Shown in pieces: positions 28,824 to 40,675 of a DNA stretch of 64,000 bases. Position 1 is the first letter of the stretch. Each line of letters begins with the position of its first letter. The DNA lies in assembly GCA_963733295.1 (NCBI GenBank), contig CAVTCS010000003.1:256001-320000 (forward strand), read 5' to 3'. The notes below the pieces were generated by a model. It was given only the letters and a program-made list of their open reading frames with translations. It did not search any database and was not told the DNA's origin. The DNA is from Vulcanimicrobiota bacterium. GTDB taxonomy: Bacteria; Vulcanimicrobiota; Vulcanimicrobiia; Vulcanimicrobiales; Vulcanimicrobiaceae. A program made the translations under genes and the position numbers.

Positions 28824-30868
28824 GCCGGCGCGGTGCGACGTACGGTTTCGCGGCAATCGTGCTCGGCATCGTCGCCATTCTGGTCGTGCCGCTTCCGCCC
28901 GCCATGCTCGACGCGTTGCTCGCGTTCAATCTGATGGGCTCGGGAATCGTCCTGCTCACGAGTCTTTCGATCGGCGATCCGCTCGAATTCTCGGCCTTCG
29001 CGCCGGCACTCCTCATTGCGACGCTCTTCCGCCTGGCGCTCGACGTTTCCGCGACGCGTCTGATTCTAACCCAAGGTCACGTCGAGGGCGGAGTGGGAGC
29101 GTTGATTCCGGCCTTCGGACGGCTCGTCGTGCACGGCAACCTCATCGTCGGGCTGATCGTTTTCGCAATCTTGATCACGATTCAGTTCGTCGTCATCGCA
29201 GCGGGTTCGCAGCGCGTCGCCGAGGTCGCGGCGCGCTTCACGCTCGACGCGATGCCCGGCAAGCAAATGGCGATCGACGCCGACGTGCACGCCGGCGCGC
29301 TCGACGCGGAAGGTGCGCGTCGCAAACGCGCCCTCGTGCAGAAGGAGGCGGACTTCTACGGCGCGATGGACGGTGCGGGGAAATTCGTGAAGGGCGATGC
29401 GATCGCGGCGCTGGTGATCGTCATCCTTAACTTGGCTGGAGGCGTCGCGGTCGGAACGCTGTATCACGGCATGCCGCCGCTCGAAGCGCTCGACACGTTC
29501 GCCATCCTTTCGATCGGCAACGCGCTGATCACAACGCTCCCGGCGTTCCTGCTTTCGACGGCGATGGGTCTGATGGTGACGCGCGTGGGCGGCGACGGAT
29601 CGCTCGGTCTCGACCTGGCGACGCAACTTTCGGCACGTCCCGAGGTGCTGCGGGCGGCCGCGACGTTCGCCGCGGCACTCGCTTTCGTCCCGGTGTTGCC
29701 GCAACTGCTCTTCGGAACGATCGCCGCCGGGCTCTTCGGCATCGCAGCGCTCGCGCGACGCGCTCAAAACTCGCGCTCGGAAGAAGAGCGAGCGGCGCAT
29801 GAGGCGGCGCGCCGGGCGGCGATCCGCCGTCCCGAGATGGCGCTCGGCTTGATCGGCGTCGATGCGCTTTCAATCGACTTCGGTGGAGAACTCGGTCCGC
29901 TGCTGGCCCCGCCGCTTGCCGAGCAGCTGCTCGACCGGATCGGCGAAGTGCGCCGCGCTTTGGCGAGTGAGATCGGCATCGTGTTGCCCGGAGTTCGTCT
30001 GCGCGACGATCTGGTGCGCGACCCGAAGACGTATGCGGTTCGCGTGCGCGACGCGCTGGCGGGCGAGGGCAGCTTACGGCTCGATGCTTTGCTGGCGGTC
30101 GCCGATGAAGCGATTCTCGGCGGACTTTCCGGCGAACTGACGCGCGAGCCGGTCTACGGGATGCCGGCCCTCTGGATACCGGTGGCGGCGCGTGAGGGAG
30201 CGATGCTCGCGGGCGCGCTCGTGTTCGATCCGATCTCGATCGTCGGATCGCATTTGGCCGAGGTCGCGCGTTCGCATGCGAGCGAACTCGTCGGACGCCA
30301 AGAACTGCATACGATCTTCGAGCATCTGCGCGCCGGCGCGCCGTCGCTCGTAAAGGAGATCGGAAACGACGGGGTGCCGCTCGCCACCGTGCAACGCGTC
30401 TTCGAAGCGCTCTTGCGCGAACGGGTCTGGCCGCGCGATACGATTGCGACGCTCGAAGCGTTGATCGATGCGGCCGCGACCACGCACGATCATCGCGAAT
30501 TAGCCGAAGCCGTGCGGCGAGCGATCGTGCCGGGACACTTGCGCCGAACCGGAAAGAGCCGGCTCGAACCGCTCATCCTGTCGCCCGAGTTCGAGACCGA
30601 GCTGCAAAGCTGGCTGGGCGACGGCTCGCTCGCACCCCGCCCCGAGATCGCACTCCACCTGCGCGCGACCGTCGGCGCTTACGTGGCTCGTATTCCGCGG
30701 GAGCGAGCGGCGTTCGTGTGCACGGCCGCCTTGCGCTCGGCGCTGTCGGAGTTCTTGCGGCGCTTCGGCTTTCGTCTCGACGTGTTCGCGTACGGCGAAC
30801 TTCCACCCGAACTCGAGCTCGTGCCCGCCGCGATCCTCGAGCGACCGGCCGCCGCGGCGCTACGCTAG
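28820..30868 (+). CDS. flhA: Export gate protein FlhA/SctV
   Basis: FHIPEP motif RVAEVAARFTLDAMPGKQMAIDAD, ADFYGAMDGAGKFVKGDAIA. Confidence 0.95.
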   Translation: MSRRGATYGFAAIVLGIVAILVVPLPPAMLDALLAFNLMGSGIVLLTSLSIGDPLEFSAFAPALLIATLFRLALDVSATRLILTQGHVEGGVGALIPAFGRLVVHGNLIVGLIVFAILITIQFVVIAAGSQRVAEVAARFTLDAMPGKQMAIDADVHAGALDAEGARRKRALVQKEADFYGAMDGAGKFVKGDAIAALVIVILNLAGGVAVGTLYHGMPPLEALDTFAILSIGNALITTLPAFLLSTAMGLMVTRVGGDGSLGLDLATQLSARPEVLRAAATFAAALAFVPVLPQLLFGTIAAGLFGIAALARRAQNSRSEEERAAHEAARRAAIRRPEMALGLIGVDALSIDFGGELGPLLAPPLAEQLLDRIGEVRRALASEIGIVLPGVRLRDDLVRDPKTYAVRVRDALAGEGSLRLDALLAVADEAILGGLSGELTREPVYGMPALWIPVAAREGAMLAGALVFDPISIVGSHLAEVARSHASELVGRQELHTIFEHLRAGAPSLVKEIGNDGVPLATVQRVFEALLRERVWPRDTIATLEALIDAAATTHDHRELAEAVRRAIVPGHLRRTGKSRLEPLILSPEFETELQSWLGDGSLAPRPEIALHLRATVGAYVARIPRERAAFVCTAALRSALSEFLRRFGFRLDVFAYGELPPELELVPAAILERPAAAALR

Positions 30869-31281
30869 TTTAGGCTGCAATGCGCGCAGCGGCCAACGAT
30901 CGTGAGCGCGTAGTCGATTCCGGTAAAGCCCGCATCCCTCGCGATGTCGTGCGCGATCTGCGAAAGGCTCGCGGCTTGAACGTTCGTCAACTCGCGGCAT
31001 TCGCTGCACAGGAGGTGGTGATGTTTCTCGAGGGCCGCCTCGTAACGCGCGGCGCTCCCTCCGTACGAGAAGACTTGCACCAAGCCGATCTCGCGCAGTA
31101 TATCAAGCGTGCGGTAGATCGTACCGAGGCTGACGCCGGAGAGTTCGCCCCGCACGCGCTCGAGGATGGTTTCTGCCGAGAGGTGCGCGCCGTCGCCGAG
31201 CGCGCGCAAGATCGCTGCGCGCTGTTTCGTAAGACGGTAGCGCGATTGTAGTAGCCCGGCGTCCACGGTCTTGAGATCCAT
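30865..31281 (-). CDS. Fur/PerR family transcriptional regulator
   Basis: RLTKQRAAIL, HLSAE, SLGTIYRTL, HHHLLCSEC, GRCAHC. Confidence 0.93.
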   Translation of the reverse strand: MDLKTVDAGLLQSRYRLTKQRAAILRALGDGAHLSAETILERVRGELSGVSLGTIYRTLDILREIGLVQVFSYGGSAARYEAALEKHHHLLCSECRELTNVQAASLSQIAHDIARDAGFTGIDYALTIVGRCAHCSLN

Positions 31282-31336
31282 GCCCGACGGCTCTCCCCTG
31301 CGGCGGAATCGCCCGCGAAATGCGCCGCGAAGTCGT

Positions 31337-31365
31337 TTGACTGGGTGGTTCGAGCCTGCTACAAT
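31337..31365 (+). promoter_or_regulatory. Sigma70-type promoter of secDF
   Basis: TTGACT-17 nt-TACAAT with extended -10 TG. Confidence 0.7.
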
Positions 31366-31403
31366 ACGCGGGTTCTCCCCTTCCTGGGGCTTTATTTTCA
31401 TCT

Positions 31404-32678
31404 ATGTGGCGAAAACTTCAACCCTGGCTGAAGGGCCTATCGGTGCTCGGCATCGTGGTCCTGTGCCTGTTTCTGATCCTCCCCATCCAGAGCAAGATTA
31501 AGCTCGGACTCGACCTGCAAGGCGGCGTTCGGGTCCTTCTCGAGCTTCGTCCATCGCCTGAGGTTCCCGAGGTCACGAAGCAAATCCAGGCGCAGGTCGA
31601 TCAGGTCATTCAGAGCCGTATCAACGGACTCGGCGTCGCCGAGCCGGTGATCACGCCGGTCGGCTCCAATCGCCTCTTGGTCGAGTTGCCGAACGTGAAG
31701 GATCCGGACGAGGCCGTCAGGACACTCAAGGAAGTAGCGAAACTCGATTTCAAGATCGTTCCCGAAGCGGTGAACGAGCGCGCGTTGCGCGACAAGAAGT
31801 ATGCGGACGATCCGAACGGCGCGTACAAAGACTCGGGTCCGATCGTGTACTCCGGCGCCGATCTCAAGGGCGCCCAGGCGGCGTTCGATCAGTCGAACAA
31901 TCCGAAGATCGACTTCCAGACCAAAGACGCCAAGAAGTTCGGCGAGCTTACCCAAACGAACATGGGAAAGCTGCTCGGCATCTTCCTCGATAAGAAGTAC
32001 GTCTCGGCGGCAACCATTCAGGGCGTCATCACCAGCGACGGTCAAATCACCGGTACGTTCACCGAAGAAGACACGATCCGCATCTCCAACGAGCTGAACG
32101 CCGGCGCGCTGCCCGTCGACGTCGCCGTGATCGAAAACGATACGGTCGGGCCGATTCTGGGCAAGATCGACCTCGAGAAGTCGCTCTACGCATCGATGGT
32201 GGGCCTGGGCCTCGTTTTGATCTTCATGCTGGCCGTTTATCGCTTGCCCGGCTTCATGGCCGACCTCGCGCTGATCGTCTACGTCCTCATGTTGCTGGGC
32301 CTGTTGGCCGGGGTCAAAGCGGTACTCACGCTGCCGGGCATCGCAGGCTTCGTGCTGTCGATCGGGATGGCCGTGGACGCGAACGTGCTGATCTTCGAGC
32401 GTATCAAGGAAGAACTCTGGGCCGGGAAGACGCTGCGCGCCGCGGTCCAAGTCGGCTTCAAGCGCGCCTTCACCGCAGTCTTCGACAGCCACGTGACGAC
32501 GATCGTCGGCGCCGGTGTGCTTTTCTTGCTCGGCACCGGCACGGTCAAAGGCTTCGCCTATACGCTCTTTTGGGGGACCGCGTTCTCGCTTTTCACGGCG
32601 ACCTTCGTGACGCGCTTCTTCATGGACGTCGTCGTCGACAACGATCTCGTCGAGAACCCGAAGGCGTACGGGGCCTAG
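31404..32678 (+). CDS. secD: Protein translocase subunit SecD
   Basis: KLGLDLQGG, RINGLGVAEP, TLPGIAGFVLSIGMAVDANVLIFERIKEE. Confidence 0.97.
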   Translation: MWRKLQPWLKGLSVLGIVVLCLFLILPIQSKIKLGLDLQGGVRVLLELRPSPEVPEVTKQIQAQVDQVIQSRINGLGVAEPVITPVGSNRLLVELPNVKDPDEAVRTLKEVAKLDFKIVPEAVNERALRDKKYADDPNGAYKDSGPIVYSGADLKGAQAAFDQSNNPKIDFQTKDAKKFGELTQTNMGKLLGIFLDKKYVSAATIQGVITSDGQITGTFTEEDTIRISNELNAGALPVDVAVIENDTVGPILGKIDLEKSLYASMVGLGLVLIFMLAVYRLPGFMADLALIVYVLMLLGLLAGVKAVLTLPGIAGFVLSIGMAVDANVLIFERIKEELWAGKTLRAAVQVGFKRAFTAVFDSHVTTIVGAGVLFLLGTGTVKGFAYTLFWGTAFSLFTATFVTRFFMDVVVDNDLVENPKAYGA

Positions 32679-32687
32679 GTACACCAC

Positions 32688-34031
32688 ATGTTCTTCCGTA
32701 GGCTGAATTGGAACGTCGTCTCCTGGTTCAGGACCGTCTCCTACATCTCGTACGCCGTCATCTTCGCCGGCCTCGTAATGATGGGATACAACTGGTTCAC
32801 CAAGGGTTATCCGATCAAGCTGGGCCTCTCGTTCACGGGCGGCACCGACGTCACAGTGAAGTACGCGGCGCCGGCGACGCCCGCGCAAATCCGCGGCGCG
32901 CTGGCCACGATCGGCGTAACGGACGCGCAGATCAACACGGTCGGTAAGGCGAACGACACCGTCCCCAACGAGCGCTTCACCATCTCGACGCAAACCGACT
33001 TCGGCGATCGAGCGGACAAGCTTTGGAGCGCGCTCGGCAGCGTCGCGCCGGTCGATCGCGCTCAATCGCAGATCGCGACGGTCGGCCCGTCGCTCTCGCA
33101 AGAGTACCTCCGCCAGGCGCTTTTGGCGCTGGTCATAGCGATCGGCATCCAGTTCGTCTACATCGCCTTCCGCTTCGGCTGGAACGTCATCTTCGGCGAA
33201 GTCGTCGTCGTCGCGCTCGTGCGCGACGCGCTCATGATGATCGGGATCTACGCGCTCGCTCAGAAGCGAGCCGACGATGCGTTTCTCGCAGCCGTCCTGA
33301 CGGTCATCGGTTATTCGGTCATGGACACGATCGTGATCTTGGACCGGATCCGCGAGAACGTCAAAGTCATGGCCGGCGAAGGTTACGAGAAGATCGTCAA
33401 CACGTCGATCTTGCAGACGATGACGCGCTCGGTCAATACGCTCGCGACCGTGGTCGTGACCCTCGTCGCACTGCTCGCATTCGGCGGCGCCTCGCTTCAG
33501 AATTTCGCATTCGCGCTGCTGGTCGGGATCTGTTCGGGCGGGTACCACTCGATCTTCTACTCGGCGCCGCTGGTTTATATCTTGCGCGAGCGCCAGCAGA
33601 AGAGGGCCGCAACACTGCGCGCGCAGCAGCGCGCCAGCGCGCTCGAGAAACCGCGCTCCGTTGCGGAAGCCCGCGCTCAAGCGAGTTCGGGAATGACGCG
33701 CGAGCAAATCCTGGCCGCGCGTAAGGAACGCCGCAGCCGCGAGAAGCAGGCACCCGTCCGCGCATCGGGCGGCCCGGCACGCTACCGCCGCAAGCGCCCC
33801 GCCTCGCAGACCCCCGCCGAAGCTGCCGCCGCCGAGAGCGCCGGCGAGCAGTATGAAGATGAAGAGTACGAGGCGGTCGATCCGCTCGACGCGCAAAACG
33901 CCGGGATGCACGAACACGAACTAACGCTCGGACACGAGGAGATCCATCTCAACCTCGAGGACGACGGCGAGCACGCGGTGGAGCATGGCGCGGTCGAAGG
34001 TGAATCCCCCGCTCCCGCTAAGCGCGACTAA
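32688..34031 (+). CDS. secF: Protein translocase subunit SecF (long charged C-terminal tail)
   Basis: LGLSFTGGT, VGPSL, LTVIGYSVMDTIVILDRIREN. Confidence 0.95.
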   Translation: MFFRRLNWNVVSWFRTVSYISYAVIFAGLVMMGYNWFTKGYPIKLGLSFTGGTDVTVKYAAPATPAQIRGALATIGVTDAQINTVGKANDTVPNERFTISTQTDFGDRADKLWSALGSVAPVDRAQSQIATVGPSLSQEYLRQALLALVIAIGIQFVYIAFRFGWNVIFGEVVVVALVRDALMMIGIYALAQKRADDAFLAAVLTVIGYSVMDTIVILDRIRENVKVMAGEGYEKIVNTSILQTMTRSVNTLATVVVTLVALLAFGGASLQNFAFALLVGICSGGYHSIFYSAPLVYILRERQQKRAATLRAQQRASALEKPRSVAEARAQASSGMTREQILAARKERRSREKQAPVRASGGPARYRRKRPASQTPAEAAAAESAGEQYEDEEYEAVDPLDAQNAGMHEHELTLGHEEIHLNLEDDGEHAVEHGAVEGESPAPAKRD

Positions 34032-34101
34032 GAAGGAACGCCGCTCCGCGGCGAAGGCGCTACCGCGGGCGACGGCGTCGGAAGCGGCGTTCGAGCGCCT
34101 G

Positions 34102-36033
34102 GTGAACGGTTTTGACGAGCTCGTGCTGCTGCCCAGCGAGACTCCGGCGCGGCCCGAACACCGCGCGCAAGCGGAGCCGGCGAGCGCCGCGGCATTTCTC
34201 GAGGAGCTCTTTGCCAATCAGGCATCGTATCTCGAGCGCGACCGTTACGCATCGATCGGCGAAGCGGACAGGTTTTACACCAAGGTCGTCGGCGTCTCGT
34301 TCGAAGGACGCCAGGAGATCGTGGCGGGACTCACCGCCGGAGATCCGCTCGAGCTGATTCGCGACCCCGCGAACCCGCACGATTCGAACGCGATCGCCGT
34401 GCACTACGGCAAGTTGCAATTGGGGTATCTGCGGCGCGAGATCGCACGCCGGCTAGCGCCGAACATCGACGCCGGCGATCGTTACACGGCGACCGTCGGC
34501 AGCGTCACGGGTGGCGGGGAGCGTAACGTCGGTGTCAACCTCCACGTGCGGCGCCGGCGCGCAGGCGGCCCCGCGCGGACCGCGTCCGGCGTGCAGACCG
34601 GGGCGACGCTCGACGAAATGCGCATCGCGCTGATCGGAGAGCGCCCGCTGCGCGACTCGCAGCACGCCGTCCTCGAACGCATCGAAGCCGGAAGCAACAC
34701 GATCGCTATCCTGGGAACGGGCCGCGGCAAGTCGCTCTGCTTTCAGTTGCCTGCCGCGCAGCGAGCACTTGGAAACGGCTCGAAGACGCTCGTCTTTTAT
34801 CCGCTGCGCGCGTTGACGAACGACCAACACGTAGCGCTCGTGCGACGCCTCGGTCGCTTCGGCTTGCGCATCCATCGAGCCAACGGCGCGGTCGACGGCG
34901 AGGAGCGCGAGGCGTTGGAAGCGGCGCTCGAGGACGGCAGTTGGGACATCATCCTCGCGACTCCCGAGTTTGCAACCTACCATCGGGAGGTTTTCGGGCG
35001 AATCTGTAACCGCCCGGCGCTGGTCGTCGTCGACGAAGCGCATCACCTCTACGAATCGCGGCACCGCGCGGCCTACGGCACCCTCGGCGAACTCGTCGCG
35101 TCGCTCGGCAAGCCCCAGGTCCTGGCCTTGACTGCGACGGCCAACGAAGAGAGTTTCAACGAGATCCGGCGCGCGCTCGGAATCGAAGCGTGGGTGATCG
35201 ATCCGACCATTCGCGAGAACTTGCACGTCGTCGACGCGCGTAATACCAAGGACCGGCTCGCCTATCTGCGCGATGTGCTCGACGGCGACGGCAAAGCGAT
35301 CGTCTACTGCAATTCACGTGCGGAGGCGAACAAGCTGGCCGGACGGCTACGCGACGCGTTCGGTCCGAGCGTGGCGTTCTATCACGCCGGCGTGCCCAGC
35401 GCGCAGCGCGCCGAGGTCGAGGACTACTTCCGCGCCGGCAAGATTCGCATCATCGTCGCGACGTCGGCTTTCGGCGAGGGGATCGATCTGCCCGACGTCC
35501 GCGACGTCGTCTTGTATCACTTGAACTTCAATTTCACCGAGTTCAACCAGCAGGCAGGCAGAGCGGGGCGGGACGGAATCGAGGCTCGGATTCACCTGCT
35601 GTACGCCGAGGCCGACCGCAAGATCAACGACTACATCATCGCGAAAAGCTCGCCCTCGCTCCCGCTGCTGCGCGAGCTGTATCGCGGGATGCGCGGCTTG
35701 GCCGCGGACGACGTGCTGCGCCTGTCGCACGAAGATATCGCCCGCACGCTCGACCTCGACATGGCCGACGGCGAGACCGTCGGGGCAGCGCTCAGAATCT
35801 TCGCGGAGGGTGGACTCGTCGAGACCGGGACCGACGACGACGGGCGCTTCATTCGTTTCGTCGAGGTGCCCGGTAAGGTCGATCTCACGCAAACCACGCG
35901 CTATGCGGAAGGCGAGGCGGAACGAGAGAACTTCGAGCGGTTTTGCGGGCTCGCGCTCGGCGCGGACGCTCAAACCCTCGAGCAGATCATCAATCGCCCG
36001 ATCTATCCCGATCGCGTGCCGTTTCTCAACTAA
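34102..36033 (+). CDS. HIRAN-domain RecQ-like DEAH helicase
   Basis: HIRAN (TKVVGVSFEGRQ...RDPANPHDSNAIAV...LGYL), TGRGKSLCFQ, VDEAHH, LTATA, ATSAFGEGID, QQAGRAGRDG; start uncertain (33985 possible). Confidence 0.88.
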   Translation: MNGFDELVLLPSETPARPEHRAQAEPASAAAFLEELFANQASYLERDRYASIGEADRFYTKVVGVSFEGRQEIVAGLTAGDPLELIRDPANPHDSNAIAVHYGKLQLGYLRREIARRLAPNIDAGDRYTATVGSVTGGGERNVGVNLHVRRRRAGGPARTASGVQTGATLDEMRIALIGERPLRDSQHAVLERIEAGSNTIAILGTGRGKSLCFQLPAAQRALGNGSKTLVFYPLRALTNDQHVALVRRLGRFGLRIHRANGAVDGEEREALEAALEDGSWDIILATPEFATYHREVFGRICNRPALVVVDEAHHLYESRHRAAYGTLGELVASLGKPQVLALTATANEESFNEIRRALGIEAWVIDPTIRENLHVVDARNTKDRLAYLRDVLDGDGKAIVYCNSRAEANKLAGRLRDAFGPSVAFYHAGVPSAQRAEVEDYFRAGKIRIIVATSAFGEGIDLPDVRDVVLYHLNFNFTEFNQQAGRAGRDGIEARIHLLYAEADRKINDYIIAKSSPSLPLLRELYRGMRGLAADDVLRLSHEDIARTLDLDMADGETVGAALRIFAEGGLVETGTDDDGRFIRFVEVPGKVDLTQTTRYAEGEAERENFERFCGLALGADAQTLEQIINRPIYPDRVPFLN

Positions 36034-36142
36034 CGCTCTCGTAACGAGACTCTCATCGATTTTTCAGCACGCCGCGCCGCGCTTCCACGTATGATTGGTG
36101 CGACCGAACGCGTTTTTCGCGTGAGTCCCTAGGAGAACGTCA

Positions 36143-36508
36143 ATGCCATCCTCCGCTCTCATCGGCAGACTTGGCCTCGCGGTAGCGCTCGCCGCAGCAC
36201 CGGCCGTCGCATCTGCCGGCGCTGCCCAAACGCCGACCGCGCCGTATCTCGTCGCGCAAACCTATACCTATCCGCCGCCGCCCGTTTACTATCCCGAACG
36301 GCACGAGCGTCGCATCTACGGCTGGATCTCCGGATCGCAGCCCTTCAACGTTTGGCTCTATCAAGGGCCGCACGTTCATCTTCATCAGGGTACGGTGATC
36401 AACCCGACGGGAATTACGCTGCAGCCTCACATGCACGTCGCAGTCTACGGTCACTGGAACGACGACGGAAGTTATCACGCCGATCGCATCGACGTGCTGC
36501 CGCGTTAG
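36143..36508 (+). CDS. Hypothetical exported protein (OB-fold/DUF5666-like)
   Basis: RBS AGGAG, signal peptide, HQGTVINPTG..L.P...V.V.G.....G...ADRID. Confidence 0.6.
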   Translation: MPSSALIGRLGLAVALAAAPAVASAGAAQTPTAPYLVAQTYTYPPPPVYYPERHERRIYGWISGSQPFNVWLYQGPHVHLHQGTVINPTGITLQPHMHVAVYGHWNDDGSYHADRIDVLPR

Positions 36509-36514
36509 CGCCGC

Positions 36515-37741
36515 TTAGGCGATGACTTTTGCGAGCCGGGCGGCGCCGACGGCGGCATAAAAAGCGTTGTCGGTTTCGCTGATGCGCGGTGCCCACGGGT
36601 CGATTTGCTTTGGCGAAACGGGAAAGTGCACGGTCGGACCGGCGGCGTTGCTGTAGTCGGCGAAATCGAACGGTTCGAAGGCGTCCGATTCGCGGTGAGC
36701 GAGAACGAGCGCGGAGACCGCCGAGGCGGCAGCGCCCGCCGCAGCGCGGACCGTTTCGGGCAGGCGTCCGTCGGAGGCGAACGTCTCGTACAATTCGATC
36801 GCCGGCCGGTCGGCGTGCCACGGCAGTCCCTGGCTTTCGGGAAAGCGCACCATCCCGTCGATCGCTTTGGCGTCTTGACGGATCGCGTTGCGCATTGCCG
36901 GAGCCGACGCGGCCGAGAGGAGCGCTCCATCGAGATTCCGGACGGCCGTTTCCAGTCCGGCGATTTTCCGCGGATCGAGGTCGAGCACGTCGAACGCTGC
37001 TGCCGGCCCGAAGCGCTCGCCCGCGTCGCCGTAGCGGGTCGACATCGTGCGCGCGACGACGGCAGCGGCCATCGCTTGCGGGTCACCCACGTGATGCGCG
37101 ATGTCGGCCGCAACCGAACTGGGGACGCCCGGTGCGAGCATCGTCTCGGGGCTGGCTGCCAAGAAGCGCACGCCTGCGCGCGAGAGTGCCGACGAAAAGG
37201 CGAGCGTCGCCATCAAGCATTGATTCGAAACGACGCCGTCGATACGGCGCGTCGCATCCTCGGGGTGCGCCTGCGCGTGAAGCACCATTCCATCGGAGAT
37301 CGCGCCCGCCATGTCGTCGGCGCGCATGATGCCGCGCCAGTGGTCGGCCTCGAGGCCGCCGCCGTCGCCCCCGCCGTGATCGACGAGATCGAGCCAGGTC
37401 TCGCGCGCGCCCGAAGCTTCGGCGTTATCGAGGGTCCGCGCGACGAAGCGAGCGAGATTCTCGCGCGACGACATGTCGTGCGGAGGCGCGAGGTGCACGT
37501 TCTTCGATAAGGTGCCGTCGGCGATCGTGTAGGCCTCGCTGCGCAGGACGTGCGCCGGTGCGAAGCCGCGGCGTGACGTCGTATCCTCGACGGTGAACTC
37601 GATTCCGGGCTCGCGTTTGCTCGTATTCTCGGCTTGTCCGATGACGAGCGCTTGAACTCCGTCGAGATTGTTGTCACCGTCCCGGTAGATTCCGAATTCG
37701 AGCGTTCGCGGAACGCGCTCGGCGTTGAGCGTGGCGAGCAT
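36515..37741 (-). CDS. Clostripain-like cysteine peptidase (family C11, clan CD)
   Basis: DGDNNLD, LDLVDHGGG (His-Gly) and NQCLM (catalytic Cys) correspond to the C11 motifs DNNL, NHGGG, DACLM. Confidence 0.7.
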   Translation of the reverse strand: MLATLNAERVPRTLEFGIYRDGDNNLDGVQALVIGQAENTSKREPGIEFTVEDTTSRRGFAPAHVLRSEAYTIADGTLSKNVHLAPPHDMSSRENLARFVARTLDNAEASGARETWLDLVDHGGGDGGGLEADHWRGIMRADDMAGAISDGMVLHAQAHPEDATRRIDGVVSNQCLMATLAFSSALSRAGVRFLAASPETMLAPGVPSSVAADIAHHVGDPQAMAAAVVARTMSTRYGDAGERFGPAAAFDVLDLDPRKIAGLETAVRNLDGALLSAASAPAMRNAIRQDAKAIDGMVRFPESQGLPWHADRPAIELYETFASDGRLPETVRAAAGAAASAVSALVLAHRESDAFEPFDFADYSNAAGPTVHFPVSPKQIDPWAPRISETDNAFYAAVGAARLAKVIA

Positions 37742-37893
37742 GAACCAAGCCTCCGACGTAAAGTGATGTCGGAGCTTCCATCACGACACGCGGTCCGGCC
37801 GGCAAGCAGGGCGGTTCACGCAAACGTCCCTCGCCCGGCGGCGAGAGGGTCGCTCGGACGAAAACCGAACCGCTTGCGGCGTTTGCTCGAAGT

Positions 37894-38421
37894 TTGGAGG
37901 ACGAGAAGCTGCAAGTTGAGTCGCTGATCCGGGCGATCCCGGACTTCCCCATTCCCGGGATACTGTTTCGCGACATAACCCCGCTTCTGAGCGACGCAGC
38001 CGGTTACAAGGCGGCCATCGACCTGTTCGTCGACCGGTTTCGCGGCGCCGGAATCGAGTATATCGTGGCGATCGAGGCGCGCGGCTACATGATCGGGGCG
38101 CCGCTGGCGTATGCGCTCGGCGCCGGATTGGTTCCGGTCCGCAAGCCGGGTAAGCTCCCCGGCAACAAGCACGTCGAGGAGTACGAACTGGAGTACGGTA
38201 CCAACTCGCTCGAAATCCATGCCGACGCGGTCGGCAAGGGTCAGAAGGTCCTCGTGGTCGACGATCTGCTGGCGACCGGCGGGACCGCGGCCGCTACGGG
38301 CAGGCTGCTCGATCGCCTCGGCGCCGATATCGTCGGGTTCGCCTTCCTTATCGAGTTGCGGGCCTTGGAGGGCCGCAAGGCCTTGGGCTCCCGCGAGGTG
38401 ACGAGCTTCATCAGCTACTGA
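37894..38421 (+). CDS. apt: Adenine phosphoribosyltransferase
   Basis: IPDFPIPGILFRDITPLL, IEARGY, RKPGKLP, VDDLLATGGT. Confidence 0.98.
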   Translation: MEDEKLQVESLIRAIPDFPIPGILFRDITPLLSDAAGYKAAIDLFVDRFRGAGIEYIVAIEARGYMIGAPLAYALGAGLVPVRKPGKLPGNKHVEEYELEYGTNSLEIHADAVGKGQKVLVVDDLLATGGTAAATGRLLDRLGADIVGFAFLIELRALEGRKALGSREVTSFISY

Positions 38422-38494
38422 CCGCGCAGGGGAACCGGCCCGAATCCGATGGACACTCGGGCGGCGTCTATGGCAGTATAGACGGAATCCATTT

Positions 38495-40671
<2,177 letters not shown>

Positions 40672-40675
<4 letters not shown>

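Noticed and set aside
16861..30868. Classical injectisome (non-flagellar T3SS)
   Set aside because: Genes are flagellar-type (flgC, fliE, fliF, fliN) and no secretin, needle or translocon genes are seen
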